From: Gemmatimonadota bacterium
Lineage (GTDB): Bacteria; Gemmatimonadota; Gemmatimonadetes; Gemmatimonadales; GWC2-71-9
Reading direction: 5' to 3'
NCBI GenBank assembly: GCA_039588295.1
Contig: JBDHAB010000024.1
Location: 410 to 42,893 of the forward strand
Length of the DNA stretch: 42,484 nt
Shown: in pieces, positions 26,219 to 38,024 of the stretch
Layout: every line of letters begins with the position of its first letter
Position numbering within the stretch: the first letter of the stretch is position 1
Made by a program: the position numbers and the translations under genes
The notes under the pieces: model-generated
Databases searched by the model: none
What the model saw: only the letters and a program-made list of their open reading frames with translations
Told to the model about the DNA's origin: nothing

Positions 26219-28107
26219 GTTCCGTTCCCCGCCGCGGGTGCGGCCGGCCCCAGCCGCCGGGCGTCGCCCTCGCGCACCGTGTACCCCGCGCCGTCAAGCC
26301 ACTCTAGAATCGGGATGAGGTACTTCCTCGTAAGCCCAGTCATATTGCGGAGTTCCGCTGGAGTCGCCTGCCCGCGCTCACGGATGCCCCGCACCACGGT
26401 CTCTCGCAGTCGCTCGAGGGAATCGGGATCGTAATATCGGTCCTGGCCGACGCGCGCCGCTGTGCGCTCGCGCACCAGGAAGGCAGCCAAATTCCGCGTG
26501 TTCTTGTGGCGCACGAGGTTGGCAAGTTCAGCCTCCGAGCACCCCCGCGGTCCTGCGTCTCGCAGCGCGCGCAGCATCGCCTCCGTCAGTGCGCGCTCCT
26601 CTGGGGTGAGGGTTGGATGAAACGCGGCGAGCCGAACGATCCCGGCCTCGATGGAGACGATCCCCGTCTCTGAGAGTTCCGTCACGACGTGATCGGCGAG
26701 TCCCGGTGTCCGTGTCACCGCCCGCAGCAACTCACGTGGCATGCCAGGCTCCAGCGGCCGCTCCTGGTGATACGCCGTAACGGCAGTGACGCACTCCTCG
26801 CGAGCGTTGTCCACCGCCGCCTGACGCACCAAACGATCGCCGATCCGAACGGCACCGAGCGATCCCACCTGGGTCGCCACGGGTTGTACCTGGCTTGGAT
26901 GGATGCCAACGCGGATGGCGAGCTCGGTCACGTCGAGACCGTCCGGACCTGCGGCCTCGACGAACTGGCGCACTCGCTCGACCGGCTCCACCACCAACCG
27001 TGCCTCGAGATCCCGGGGTCGGCGGGGACGACGGGGCGGGGACGGATCGACGACGATGCAGCCCCCGATGGTCCGCATCGGCGAGTACGACCGGATCACA
27101 CCGCGATCGCCCCAGCGTGCAACAATCGGCTGTTCCGTTCGCAGCCGCGCAGCCATCGTCGCGCCTTGTGCAATCTCATCCTCGGCCGGCGTGACCCGCG
27201 CCATCACTTCGGCGGTTCCGAGGTGGAACCGCACCCGGGACCGTTGCGTGAGTGTGCGCGAGCCGGGAAGCAGGGTGAGCATCACATCGACCACTGAGGT
27301 CGCCTGCCACACCGTCCCCGAGACCACTACGCAGCCCCGTGCCGCCGCGGTCTTGTCGACACCCGGCAGCGCCAGAGCCGTGCGCCTGCCTGGCTCCGCA
27401 CGATCCCTGGCCTCTCCGTGCACCTCCACCGAGCGCACCCGCGCGCGGATGCCTCCCGGCAGTACCGTCACCTCTTCGCCGACCGCCACGGATCCGCTCC
27501 ACGTCGTGCCGGTCACCACGGTGCCGGCTCCGGCGATACTGAATGCGCGATCGACCGGCATGCGAAACACGTCGTCCGCCGACTGCTCGACGGCAGTCGC
27601 CGCAGCGCGCGTGAGGGCACGGCGCAGCTCCTCACTACCCTCCCCCGTCTGCGCGGAGAAGCACACGGGCGGTTCCCACCGGACCGACGAGGCGCCGATT
27701 CGCTCCGTCACGTCGGTCTGCACCAGCTCGAGCCAATCCGCCTCGACGAGATCGACCTTACTGATTGCGACCACGCCGCTGCGAACGCCGAGGAACTCCA
27801 GGATCGACAGGTGCTCGAGCGTCTGCGGCATCACGCCCTCGTCTGCCGCAATGACCATCAGTGCGACGTCGATACCGGTCGCTCCGGCCACCATGTTGCG
27901 CACGAAATCCTCGTGACCGGGAACGTCCACGATGCTGGCAGCCGTGTCATCACCGAGATCCAGGTGCGCGAACCCGAGGTCGATGGTGATTCCTCGCCGC
28001 TTCTCCTCTTCCCAGCGGTCGGTGTCCGTTCCGGTCAACGTCTTGACCAGGGCTGTCTTCCCGTGATCGACGTGACCGGCGGTACCGATGACCACATGCC
28101 GCCTCAC
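26215..28107 (-). CDS. selB: Selenocysteine-specific translation elongation factor
   Basis: [27 protein letters not shown] and C-terminal winged helix [17 protein letters not shown] start overlaps the recO stop. Confidence 0.96.
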   Translation of the reverse strand: MRRHVVIGTAGHVDHGKTALVKTLTGTDTDRWEEEKRRGITIDLGFAHLDLGDDTAASIVDVPGHEDFVRNMVAGATGIDVALMVIAADEGVMPQTLEHLSILEFLGVRSGVVAISKVDLVEADWLELVQTDVTERIGASSVRWEPPVCFSAQTGEGSEELRRALTRAAATAVEQSADDVFRMPVDRAFSIAGAGTVVTGTTWSGSVAVGEEVTVLPGGIRARVRSVEVHGEARDRAEPGRRTALALPGVDKTAAARGCVVVSGTVWQATSVVDVMLTLLPGSRTLTQRSRVRFHLGTAEVMARVTPAEDEIAQGATMAARLRTEQPIVARWGDRGVIRSYSPMRTIGGCIVVDPSPPRRPRRPRDLEARLVVEPVERVRQFVEAAGPDGLDVTELAIRVGIHPSQVQPVATQVGSLGAVRIGDRLVRQAAVDNAREECVTAVTAYHQERPLEPGMPRELLRAVTRTPGLADHVVTELSETGIVSIEAGIVRLAAFHPTLTPEERALTEAMLRALRDAGPRGCSEAELANLVRHKNTRNLAAFLVRERTAARVGQDRYYDPDSLERLRETVVRGIRERGQATPAELRNMTGLTRKYLIPILEWLDGAGYTVREGDARRLGPAAPAAGNGT

Positions 28108-28856
28108 GACACCAGCTCCTGCCAGACGCTCAGCGCCTTGAGCTCCTTCCCCTCCGCCACGTGCCGCTCGACGAACCGCACGAGGAGCCGTCGGTGCGCA
28201 GCGGCATGCTTCTCCGAGAGCCTGCCGACCTTTTCCGGGTGTCCAGCCATGAGCTGCTCGAGCGTCTCGCGGTCGGACGTCGCGAGCACCGTCGCAGCGA
28301 CGCTCTTGGCACAGGTCACACACAGGAATCCGCCGTCTACGATTGAGAAGGCCACCGCCCCCCGCGGCAGGACCTGCCCGTCGCGCGCGCATGCGTCACT
28401 CCGCGGCGCGAACCCCAGCGCCCCAACGGCAGCCCAGAGCACCCCGAGGGTCGCGGCGTCGAGCCGGTCGTGCTCCACGGTCCCGAGCTCGCGAAGCCCT
28501 TCCACCGCCAAGCGGTACAGCTCAGGATGCGGCTCAGCCGGACAGAAGCGCATGAGGAGCTCGGCCAGCGCCGCCGCTCCGGCAAAGCGCCGCACCTCGC
28601 CCGCGAGCTCGGGATGCTGGGCCGTGACATCGAATTCGGAGAGTGTTTGCAGGTCGCGGTGCGGCTTGAGGTAGAGTTGCGCCGTCCCCTCGCTCAGAAT
28701 CTGGAGCTTCGCACCGAACTTGGACCGGGGACGACTCGCTCCCTTTGCGATGGCGCTCACCACCCCGTGCTCTCTCGTCAGGAGCCGGACGATCTTGGAG
28801 CTCTCACTGTAGGGAAACGCATGAAGGATGACCGCTGGGGTCGAGATCAATGCCAT
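28104..28856 (-). CDS. recO: DNA repair protein RecO
   Basis: YSESSKIVRLLTREHGVVSAIAKGA OB fold and Zn-finger-like CARD...CVTC. Confidence 0.93.
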   Translation of the reverse strand: MALISTPAVILHAFPYSESSKIVRLLTREHGVVSAIAKGASRPRSKFGAKLQILSEGTAQLYLKPHRDLQTLSEFDVTAQHPELAGEVRRFAGAAALAELLMRFCPAEPHPELYRLAVEGLRELGTVEHDRLDAATLGVLWAAVGALGFAPRSDACARDGQVLPRGAVAFSIVDGGFLCVTCAKSVAATVLATSDRETLEQLMAGHPEKVGRLSEKHAAAHRRLLVRFVERHVAEGKELKALSVWQELVS

Positions 28857-28864
28857 GGTCCCAG

Positions 28865-30871
28865 TCACAGACTCGCCTTCATGCCAAAGCTCACCGTGCG
28901 TCCCGGGGTGCGAAAGCCGAACACCTGCTGGTCGACGGCGCCAAACAGGTTGCGGACACCGCCAGTGAGCGCGACCCGCGACCGAGCCGCCGATCGACGC
29001 CACACGGCGACCTCGGCAGTCAGGTCGACGGTCAGGTAGGACGGCAGCACGACCGGTGCCCCGGGGAAGACGGAAAAATCGCGGTCATCCCGCGCGCCAA
29101 CGTACCGCATCGTGCCGGCGAGGGTCGCCGTCTTGGCAATCCGCTGCACCGCCCGTACGCTCATCGTGTGCGCCGGTCGGCGTAGCAGGCGCGTGCCGGA
29201 CACGAACGTGGCGCCGCTCCCCTCGTCGAAACCCGCATCCGTCACACGTGTGTCGAGGTACGTATACGCACCGCGAAGTATGAGCCCCATTCCGAGTACG
29301 GCACTCGCTTCGAGCTCAAGGCCCCTCGCGTTGGCCGCCGCAACATTGAAGTAGGACGGATCTGTCGGCATGGGTGGCTGGTAGGTGTACTGGACAAGGT
29401 CGCGGAAGCGCTGATCGAAGTAGGTTGCGCCCACGCGTACGGCGTCCGCAAGATCCTGTTCGACTCCAACCTCCCACGTTGCGCTCCGCTCGGGACGCAA
29501 GTTCGGGTTTCCCCGAGCGAACGGCGCATCGGCAAACTGCTCGAAGAACGTCGGTTCCTTGAACGCTCGCCCGTACGCGATCCGGATGCGCGGGCCGCCC
29601 CCGAACCGAACCGACGCGCCTCCTCGATAGGACACAAAGGTCCCAAACGCGTCGTTGTCGTCGAGGCGGACACCGGCACTCAATGTCATCACATTTAGTG
29701 GCGTGGATTGCACCTGGGCGTAATACCCAACGTTGGTGCGTGCCGCATCGAACCTCGTGCTCGTTGGCCCGTACTCGCTCTGCGTTTCTGAAGCACTCTG
29801 TTGCTTCTGTCCTTCAATGTGGATGCCCCCCGACAGCACGAAGCCCCGAAGCACCGCGTTCACTCGAGCATCAGCGCTCTGCCGCGTTACGGCTTCGTCA
29901 CTCGTGAAACCGAAGAAGCCAAGCGTGTCCGCGAGACCATCTTGACGGTCATCGATCCCTCCGTCCGCGTCGCTGAGCGCCAGCAGCACTCTCCCCTCGA
30001 GTGACGGTGTGAATCGGCGGACGACTTCGAGCGCCCCCTCGAGCCGCCGCCGTTCCTGAAGCGCGTTCCTGTCTTCCACCACGCCCGTGCCATCAGTGGG
30101 AAAGTGGAACCGGCTCTGCCCGTACCGCAGCGATAGGCTCGCGTCCGTTCTACTGTCGGGTGTGGCTCGCACACCCCCACTCCACACGGTGTTCCGGTAG
30201 GAGTTGTTGAACGGATAGATGCCGCCGGTGCGAGCGTACGACACGGACGTGGAGTAGCTCACGTTCGTCGCGCCTCCCGCCAGGGTTGCCGTTGCGTCGA
30301 GCGACGCGAAACTGCCGGCGCGAGCACTGAGTTCTCCCCGCGGCGTTCCGCGACCCCGGCGGGTGAGGATCTGCACCACACCCGAGACGGCGTCGGTCCC
30401 GTACAACACGCTCACGGGGCCCCGAACCACCTCGATACGCTCTACATTTGTGGTCGTGAGATCGGCGAGGTCGACGGCACCACCAGGCTGATTGATCGGT
30501 ATCCCGTCGATCAATACCTTCACATAGTCGCTCTCGCCGCCGCGGACAAAGAGCGCCGTTGCACCCCCAAAGGACCCGGTCTCCACGATATCGAGGCCCG
30601 CGATATCGCGCAGCGCATCGAGCACTCTGGTCACCCCGTGGGCTTCGAGCTCGTCACGGTCCAGTACCGTCACCGTCGCCGCCGTCTGCGATCGTGCGAT
30701 CGGCAGTCGTGTGGCAGTCACAACGATCGGATCCAATCGCGTCGTGTCAGCCGGCTGCTGGGCAGCGGCGACCTGAGACATCGCACTCACGAGTAGGGTC
30801 GCGACCGCACACGTGACCGATTGGCCGAATCGGGACGCCGAGCACGACGCCGACGCCCTTCGGCTCGTCAC
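28865..30871 (-). CDS. btuB: TonB-dependent receptor, probably for cobalamin
   Basis: IVVTATR TonB box, plug (VERIEVVRGPVSVLYG) and beta-barrel C-terminus. Lies in a riboswitch-controlled operon. Confidence 0.88.
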   Translation of the reverse strand: MTSRRASASCSASRFGQSVTCAVATLLVSAMSQVAAAQQPADTTRLDPIVVTATRLPIARSQTAATVTVLDRDELEAHGVTRVLDALRDIAGLDIVETGSFGGATALFVRGGESDYVKVLIDGIPINQPGGAVDLADLTTTNVERIEVVRGPVSVLYGTDAVSGVVQILTRRGRGTPRGELSARAGSFASLDATATLAGGATNVSYSTSVSYARTGGIYPFNNSYRNTVWSGGVRATPDSRTDASLSLRYGQSRFHFPTDGTGVVEDRNALQERRRLEGALEVVRRFTPSLEGRVLLALSDADGGIDDRQDGLADTLGFFGFTSDEAVTRQSADARVNAVLRGFVLSGGIHIEGQKQQSASETQSEYGPTSTRFDAARTNVGYYAQVQSTPLNVMTLSAGVRLDDNDAFGTFVSYRGGASVRFGGGPRIRIAYGRAFKEPTFFEQFADAPFARGNPNLRPERSATWEVGVEQDLADAVRVGATYFDQRFRDLVQYTYQPPMPTDPSYFNVAAANARGLELEASAVLGMGLILRGAYTYLDTRVTDAGFDEGSGATFVSGTRLLRRPAHTMSVRAVQRIAKTATLAGTMRYVGARDDRDFSVFPGAPVVLPSYLTVDLTAEVAVWRRSAARSRVALTGGVRNLFGAVDQQVFGFRTPGRTVSFGMKASL

Positions 30872-31668
30872 TCGACTTCCTCCCCTTTGCGCAGTGGTAC
30901 CACCTGCGGGGCTCCCCGCCACGACGAAAGCGCGACCGGCCATCCGAACACCTCCTCCAGCACCGAGTGCGTGAGTACCTCCTGCGGGTTCCCCACGGCG
31001 CGCGCCGTTCCTCGATCCATTACGAGGATCCGGTCCACATACCGCGCGGCGAGATTCACGTGATGGGTGACGACGAGGCCACCGAGCGCCTCGCCACGCA
31101 CCAGCTCCGACGCCAACTCGAGCACCTCCATTTCGTGACGGATGTCCAGATTCGCGGTGGCCTCGTCCAACACCAAGACCCGCGGCTCCTGTGCGAGCGC
31201 CCGGGCGATGCGCACCCGTTGCCACTCTCCTCCCGACAACGTCGTCACCCAACGCCCGGCGATGTCGACGATGTCGCATCGCTCGAGGGCTCCTCGCACC
31301 GCCGCCCGATCTCGGCCACCGGGAGCCGCGACCGGTCCGAGGTGAGGATACCGCCCGAGCATCACCGCCTGCTCGACACGAAGCGGAAACAACGGTTCCT
31401 CGCGCTGGGAGACCACACCGATCAAACGCGCGAGCTCCTTGCGGCTCCAGTCGGCTGCCGGCCGGCCGGCGGCACGCACCTCTCCCATCGTGGGCGACAG
31501 CACACCGACCATGAGCCGCACTAGCGTCGTCTTACCGCTCCCGTTCGGCCCGACCACACCCACCAACTCTCCGGCAGCGACCGCGAGCGACACGTCGCGC
31601 ACGACGTCGGCGGCCGCTCCAGGATATCGATACCACATGCTCCTCGCTTCGAGGATCAGGTCGCCCAT
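30868..31668 (-). CDS. Cobalamin/iron-complex ABC transporter ATP-binding protein (BtuD/FecE family)
   Basis: GPNGSGKT, LSGGEWQR and LVLDEAT. Confidence 0.92.
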   Translation of the reverse strand: MGDLILEARSMWYRYPGAAADVVRDVSLAVAAGELVGVVGPNGSGKTTLVRLMVGVLSPTMGEVRAAGRPAADWSRKELARLIGVVSQREEPLFPLRVEQAVMLGRYPHLGPVAAPGGRDRAAVRGALERCDIVDIAGRWVTTLSGGEWQRVRIARALAQEPRVLVLDEATANLDIRHEMEVLELASELVRGEALGGLVVTHHVNLAARYVDRILVMDRGTARAVGNPQEVLTHSVLEEVFGWPVALSSWRGAPQVVPLRKGEEVE

Positions 31669-32627
31669 CGCCGCACCAAGAACACGAAGACCGGGACACC
31701 CAGCAACGCCGTCACCACACCGACCGGAAGCTCTTGCGGGGCGAAGGCGGTTCTGGCGAGGGCGTCGGCCAGTACCAGCAGCGCGCCTCCGAGCAAGAAC
31801 GCTGCGGGAAGCAGCCGCTGGTGCAGGTGTCCCCAGAGCATCCGAATGGCATGGGGAACCACGAGTCCGACGAATCCGATGATGCCCGAGATCGCAACCG
31901 CCACTGCTGTGAGCAGCGATGCGGTGAGATACAGGATCCGTTTGGACTGTTCCACGTTCGCGCCGAGAAAGCGAGCTGGCTCTTCGCCCAATGCGAGCAA
32001 GTCGAGCGTTCTCGCATAGCGATAGAGCAGCGCCAAGGGAAGTGTCGCGTAGACGGCGAAGACGGTGACCGCCCGCCAGGATGCGCGATCAAAACCGCCG
32101 AGCAGCCACATGAGGGCATTGCGGACCTGTGGCGCGGGAGACAGCGCCATGATGGCACCCATCAGGGACGCCGCGAACGCGCCGACCACCACTCCACCTA
32201 AGAGGAGCACTCGGGTATCCAGCATGCTCCCGGTTACGAGCGCCACACGATACACCAGCACAATCGCCAATAGGGCCCCGACGAGCGCTGCCAGCGGGAC
32301 CCCCCACGCGCCGCCGATGCCCAGGGCAATCGCCACCACCGCACCGAGTCCCGCACCGCCCGACAACCCGAGGAGATACGGGTCGGCGAGTGGATTGCGC
32401 ACGACGGCCTGCAGCGTCGCCCCCGTACACGCCAGGCTCCCACCGACCAAGAACGCGAGCAACACACGAGGGAGCCGGAGCGTCCGCACGATGGCGACGG
32501 TAACCTGGTCGGCGGTCCCGGTCAGGCCGCGCCAAACAGCGGCGATCTCCAGGCTGGCCGGTCCCACGGCGAGCCCGCCGACCAGGGCCAACGCCGCCAC
32601 CACGAGCAACGGGCCCCACCGCCTCAC
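31656..32627 (-). CDS. Cobalamin/iron-complex ABC transporter permease (BtuC/FecCD family)
   Basis: LRLPR, RNPLADPYLLG and GIIGFVGLVVPH. GTG start overlaps the upstream stop. Confidence 0.93.
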   Translation of the reverse strand: MRRWGPLLVVAALALVGGLAVGPASLEIAAVWRGLTGTADQVTVAIVRTLRLPRVLLAFLVGGSLACTGATLQAVVRNPLADPYLLGLSGGAGLGAVVAIALGIGGAWGVPLAALVGALLAIVLVYRVALVTGSMLDTRVLLLGGVVVGAFAASLMGAIMALSPAPQVRNALMWLLGGFDRASWRAVTVFAVYATLPLALLYRYARTLDLLALGEEPARFLGANVEQSKRILYLTASLLTAVAVAISGIIGFVGLVVPHAIRMLWGHLHQRLLPAAFLLGGALLVLADALARTAFAPQELPVGVVTALLGVPVFVFLVRRWAT

Positions 32628-33493
32628 CAGGACTGGCCCGCGAGACGCGTTCGCAGTTGGGCAACCGCCGCAGGCGCACGAAATGACGGCCAGCTGAACT
32701 CCGTGCCCTGCACCGTCGCAAAGCGCCGGCGGCGCACCGCCTCGACGGCGTGCCACTCCGGGCGATCCGCGAACGAGAGGTCGGCATCGCCAATCACGAG
32801 TACGACGTCGGGCGCTCGCGCCGCGATTGCCTCGATACTGACCGGGGCCGAGGGGCGCAGGAGGTCGCCGAACACGTTCTGGCCGCCGGCCAGTTCGACG
32901 ATCTCGTCGAGGAAGCTCCCTCCGCCAATGACAATGGGGGGTGCATCCCACGTGAGCATGAGGACGCGTGGCGCCTTCGGCATCCGCTCCAATCGAGTCT
33001 GGTCGAGATCCGCCCGAAAGCGACGCACGAGCGAGTCCGCCTGCGCCCGCTGTCCCGTGAGATCGCCGAGGAGCAGGGCCACCCGCTCGAGGTCTCCGAG
33101 CCGGTCCAGCGCCACGGTGATCGTCGCGATTCCCAGTGCCTCGAGCCGCTCCCGCGCCGGCGCGTTCGCCCCGGACTGATACAGCACCACGAGATCCGGC
33201 CGCAGACTCGCAATGAGCTCGACATTGGGATTCAGACCGTCGCCGACCGACGGTACCTCGAGTGCGGCCTCAGGCGTATTGCAGTATTGCGTACGACCTA
33301 CGAGCCGCGCGCCCGCACCGATACTGAAGAGCAACTCTGTGGTCGAAGGAGAGAGCGATACGATGCGGCTGGCCGGACCACCCGCATGCGCCGGCTGTCC
33401 ACCGTCCTCCAGCGCCGCGTCGGACGACCCAGATCCTCCACACGCGAGCGCCATGGCGGCGCAGAGTGCTGCCGTTGCTCTACGAAACGTCAA
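32624..33493 (-). CDS. Cobalamin-binding lipoprotein (BtuF-like helical-backbone receptor)
   Basis: Lipobox ALAC, RIVSLSPSTTELLF and PNVELIASLRPDLV. SD GGAGGAG before the TTG start. Confidence 0.9.
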   Translation of the reverse strand: MTFRRATAALCAAMALACGGSGSSDAALEDGGQPAHAGGPASRIVSLSPSTTELLFSIGAGARLVGRTQYCNTPEAALEVPSVGDGLNPNVELIASLRPDLVVLYQSGANAPARERLEALGIATITVALDRLGDLERVALLLGDLTGQRAQADSLVRRFRADLDQTRLERMPKAPRVLMLTWDAPPIVIGGGSFLDEIVELAGGQNVFGDLLRPSAPVSIEAIAARAPDVVLVIGDADLSFADRPEWHAVEAVRRRRFATVQGTEFSWPSFRAPAAVAQLRTRLAGQSW

Positions 33494-33602
33494 AACCGCT
33501 CACTCCTCCCGGTCCGGAAGGACAGTGAGCGGACGCTCGAACGAAGAATCGCTGTCGCGTACCCACCTTCCCCCCCGCGAGGGATGCTGGTGGAGCGAAC
33601 GC

Positions 33603-33740
33603 GCGGCGTCTCCTGACTTGGGGCAGCTGACTCGCCTTCCCGGTTGCCCAGTGGCGGTTGAGTCAGACTCCGTGCCCGTCACAGTGGCGGGGCCGTGCCG
33701 GCATCACACCGGCTTCCGCCCTCGCGGTCGCAAGGCTGTG
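33603..33740 (-). ncRNA. Cobalamin (B12) riboswitch
   Basis: Minus strand GGAAGCCGGTG..TGCCGGCACGGCCCCGCCACTGTGA...GCCACTGGG...CCGGGAAGGC...AAGTCAGGAGAC (B12 box), upstream of the btu-like operon. Ends are approximate. Confidence 0.93.
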
Positions 33741-33819
33741 TCAACAGGTCCGGCAGCGATTGACTCGTCGTCGATCGCGCGGACCACTCCTAACGAATAA
33801 TGAAGGACACGGTTCCCGT

Positions 33820-34908
33820 CTACCCCCGCTGTGCCCGCTCGTCCAGCGCGGCGTTCAACCGCTCTTTGAGCTCCGCGCGACGTCGGCGGTATGTCTCATC
33901 CTCACGGCCGGTATCTGCGGCATCGAGTGCTGCAATCTCGGCCGCGAGCTGCATCGGGTCGTCCCGTCGTGTGGTCTGTTCCTGCTGGCGGCGCCACCAT
34001 CGATAGAAACCGACGGTCAACGTGAGCGTGACGAGTGGGACCAGAATCCAGAGTAGCAACGAGCCCGTGCGGACACGTGGCGGGAACCGGATCTCGACCG
34101 GGACTCCGGCGGCCACGCTGTCGGCCCCAAAGCGCCGAAGCGCCGTGCCTTCGAGCTCCTCGACTCCCCGCAGGCTGAGCGAGCCCCCCGTGACCGTCGC
34201 CGCGTTGTCCTCGAGCAGGACGCTCAACTGATCGACCTCCTGATCAATCGGCACCCGCCACGCGCGGACACTGGGTCCGACGAGGTAGCTCACCAGGAGT
34301 TCCCGCTCGCCCGGCGGGATCGGTGCCACCACTTCGACCACATTGTCCCGCCACAGGATGGCAGCAGCCGCCATGTCGCTCATGCCGACTTCGAACTGCA
34401 AGGCGTCGGGGGGGAGTGACCAACGCCAGACGGGGGTCAGGGAATCCGGGGCAGTCCTCGTCATCGCTCCGCGATTGGCCAGCACCAACAACTCGATCAC
34501 CCGCCGGGAACCATCCTCGGCAGGGTTACGGACCAGGATGTGCCGCTCGGCGAGTCGAATGGGAGGAGCGGTGGAGGAAGTATCGTACACGAACAGCGTC
34601 GGCAGGGAGTCGCCCGACACCTCCGTGGCGGCAAACGGCTCCCCAAAGTAGCCGATTCCCTGATGCCCCACGCTCACGAGGTAGCTGGCGGTGGTGTCGA
34701 CGTTCTGGGCGCGCAGGACGTACCGCCCCCCGCGGTCGGTCTGCTGCGAGTCGATCGCGGCTCCCTGGTCGAGCGACACCTCATGGAGCACCACCCACAG
34801 CCCACGGACAGCGCTCGAATCATCGCCGGCAACGCGGAGGACCCGTCCCGCTACACGAAGGCCCTGGGCTTCGGCGGTTGCCGCGAGTCCCAGGGCCAAG
34901 ACCGCCAC
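33820..34908 (-). CDS. Exported beta-rich protein (carboxypeptidase-regulatory-like N domain) with C-terminal TM and cytoplasmic helical hairpin; function unknown
   Basis: Signal-like N-terminus (AEA-Q), TDRGGRYVL, TM helix and LAAEIAALD...YRRRRAELKERL. Start uncertain. Confidence 0.7.
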   Translation of the reverse strand: MAVLALGLAATAEAQGLRVAGRVLRVAGDDSSAVRGLWVVLHEVSLDQGAAIDSQQTDRGGRYVLRAQNVDTTASYLVSVGHQGIGYFGEPFAATEVSGDSLPTLFVYDTSSTAPPIRLAERHILVRNPAEDGSRRVIELLVLANRGAMTRTAPDSLTPVWRWSLPPDALQFEVGMSDMAAAAILWRDNVVEVVAPIPPGERELLVSYLVGPSVRAWRVPIDQEVDQLSVLLEDNAATVTGGSLSLRGVEELEGTALRRFGADSVAAGVPVEIRFPPRVRTGSLLLWILVPLVTLTLTVGFYRWWRRQQEQTTRRDDPMQLAAEIAALDAADTGREDETYRRRRAELKERLNAALDERAQRG

Positions 34909-34918
34909 GGCGACGCCG

Positions 34919-35416
34919 CTACGGAGTGAACTTGCCGAAATCTTCTGGGTCCAGGTTCTCCAGGTACGACCGCAGCGACTCGGGGTCCATCTTCTCCCCG
35001 TCGGGAGACAGCGGCTCGACCGTATCGATGGTCGTGAGCTCAAGCAGCGTTTCCTGGGTGAAGATGGGGGCCTTGAGTCGTAACGCCACCGCGATGCTAT
35101 CGGAAGGGCGCGCATCGATGTGCACTACCTGATCGTCCCGGTACAAATGCAGCTCGGCGTAGTAGGTGTTTTCCTTGACTTGACTGATCAACACCCGCTT
35201 GAGGTCCGCACCCAACCCGACGACGACTTGCTTGACGAGATCGTGCGTCAGCGGCCGCGAGAACTTCACCCCGGCGAGCTCCATCGCGATGGCACTCGCT
35301 TCCGCGGGGCCAATCCAGATCGGCAGCACCCGCTCACCCTCCTTCTCCTGAAGGATGACGACGGGCGTGTTCGTGGCCCGATCGAGACCGAGATGTGCGA
35401 CCTTCACTTCGATCAT
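34919..35416 (-). CDS. Bifunctional nuclease family protein (DUF151)
   Basis: LPIWIGPAEA, RPLTHDL and DARPSDSIAVA. Confidence 0.93.
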   Translation of the reverse strand: MIEVKVAHLGLDRATNTPVVILQEKEGERVLPIWIGPAEASAIAMELAGVKFSRPLTHDLVKQVVVGLGADLKRVLISQVKENTYYAELHLYRDDQVVHIDARPSDSIAVALRLKAPIFTQETLLELTTIDTVEPLSPDGEKMDPESLRSYLENLDPEDFGKFTP

Positions 35417-35422
35417 AGCGGA

Positions 35423-36823
<1,401 letters not shown>

Positions 36824-38011
36824 TCAGGCCGCGCTCCGCACGGCGTCCCGGAGATCCGAACTCTTCGTGGGGTCCTCCCACGTGAAGAGGTCCACGGTAC
36901 GGCCGAGCACATGCGCCTGTTCGGGCGTTCGACCGAAGTGCCCGTACGCTGCCGTGGCGCGGTAGATGGGGTTGAGCAGCTTGAGCGATTCGATGATTGC
37001 CCGAGGGGTCAGATCGAACACATCGCGAACGGCGTGTTCCAACTCCCGGTCGGACACATTGCCCGTGCCAAATGAGTCGACCATGATCGACACCGGCTCC
37101 GCGACGCCGATCGCGTACGCGAGTTGCACTTCGCACCGTCGGGCGAGCCCAGCCGCGACGATGGTCTTCGCGACCCAGCGCGCCGCGTAGGCAGCTGAAC
37201 GATCCACCTTCGACGGGTCCTTCCCGCTGAAGGCCCCCCCGCCGTGTCGTGCCGCTCCGCCATACGTATCCACGATGATCTTTCGGCCCGTGAGGCCGGC
37301 GTCACCCTGCGGTCCGCCCAGTACGAAGCGACCGGTCGGGTTGATATAGAGCTTCGCACCGCTGGCATCCAATGGGTATTCGCTCAGCACCGGCCGAATC
37401 ACGTGCTTGCCGACGCCGTGTTCGATCTCCTCGTTCGTCGCTGATGCGGCGTGCTGGGTCGATACCACCACGGCCCGCACCGCGATCGGGCGGCCTTCCG
37501 CATACTCGACGGTGACTTGGCTCTTGCCGTCGGGGCGCAACCAGGGCAACTCGCCACTGCGCCGAACCTCGGACAGGCGTCGTGTGAGACGATGAGCGAG
37601 CATGATGGGCATGGGCATGAGCTCAGGCGTCTCATCGCACGCGTATCCGAACATCATCCCCTGATCACCCGCACCACCCGTGTCGACCCCCATCGCGATG
37701 TCGGGTGATTGTGGATCCAGCGCCGCTAACACCGCACACGTGTGCGCGTCGAAGCCGAACGCCGCTTCTGTGTACCCAATGGACTCGATGATGCCCCGCA
37801 CCGTGGCGGGGACGTTCGGCGCGACCTTCGTGGTAACCTCACCAGCGACCACGACCAAGCCGGTCGAAACGAGCGTCTCGCATGCCACCCGCCCCTGCGC
37901 ATCGCACGCGAGCACGGCGTCCAGGATTCCGTCGGAAATCTGGTCCGCGATCTTGTCCGGATGGCCCTCGGTGACCGACTCGGAAGAGATGATGTAGCTG
38001 TGCGACGACAT
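36824..38011 (-). CDS. metK: S-adenosylmethionine synthase
   Basis: [17 protein letters not shown] and [16 protein letters not shown]. Start ATG 38011 or GTG 38023. Confidence 0.97.
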   Translation of the reverse strand: MSSHSYIISSESVTEGHPDKIADQISDGILDAVLACDAQGRVACETLVSTGLVVVAGEVTTKVAPNVPATVRGIIESIGYTEAAFGFDAHTCAVLAALDPQSPDIAMGVDTGGAGDQGMMFGYACDETPELMPMPIMLAHRLTRRLSEVRRSGELPWLRPDGKSQVTVEYAEGRPIAVRAVVVSTQHAASATNEEIEHGVGKHVIRPVLSEYPLDASGAKLYINPTGRFVLGGPQGDAGLTGRKIIVDTYGGAARHGGGAFSGKDPSKVDRSAAYAARWVAKTIVAAGLARRCEVQLAYAIGVAEPVSIMVDSFGTGNVSDRELEHAVRDVFDLTPRAIIESLKLLNPIYRATAAYGHFGRTPEQAHVLGRTVDLFTWEDPTKSSDLRDAVRSAA

Positions 38012-38024
38012 CGCGCTCCGCACG

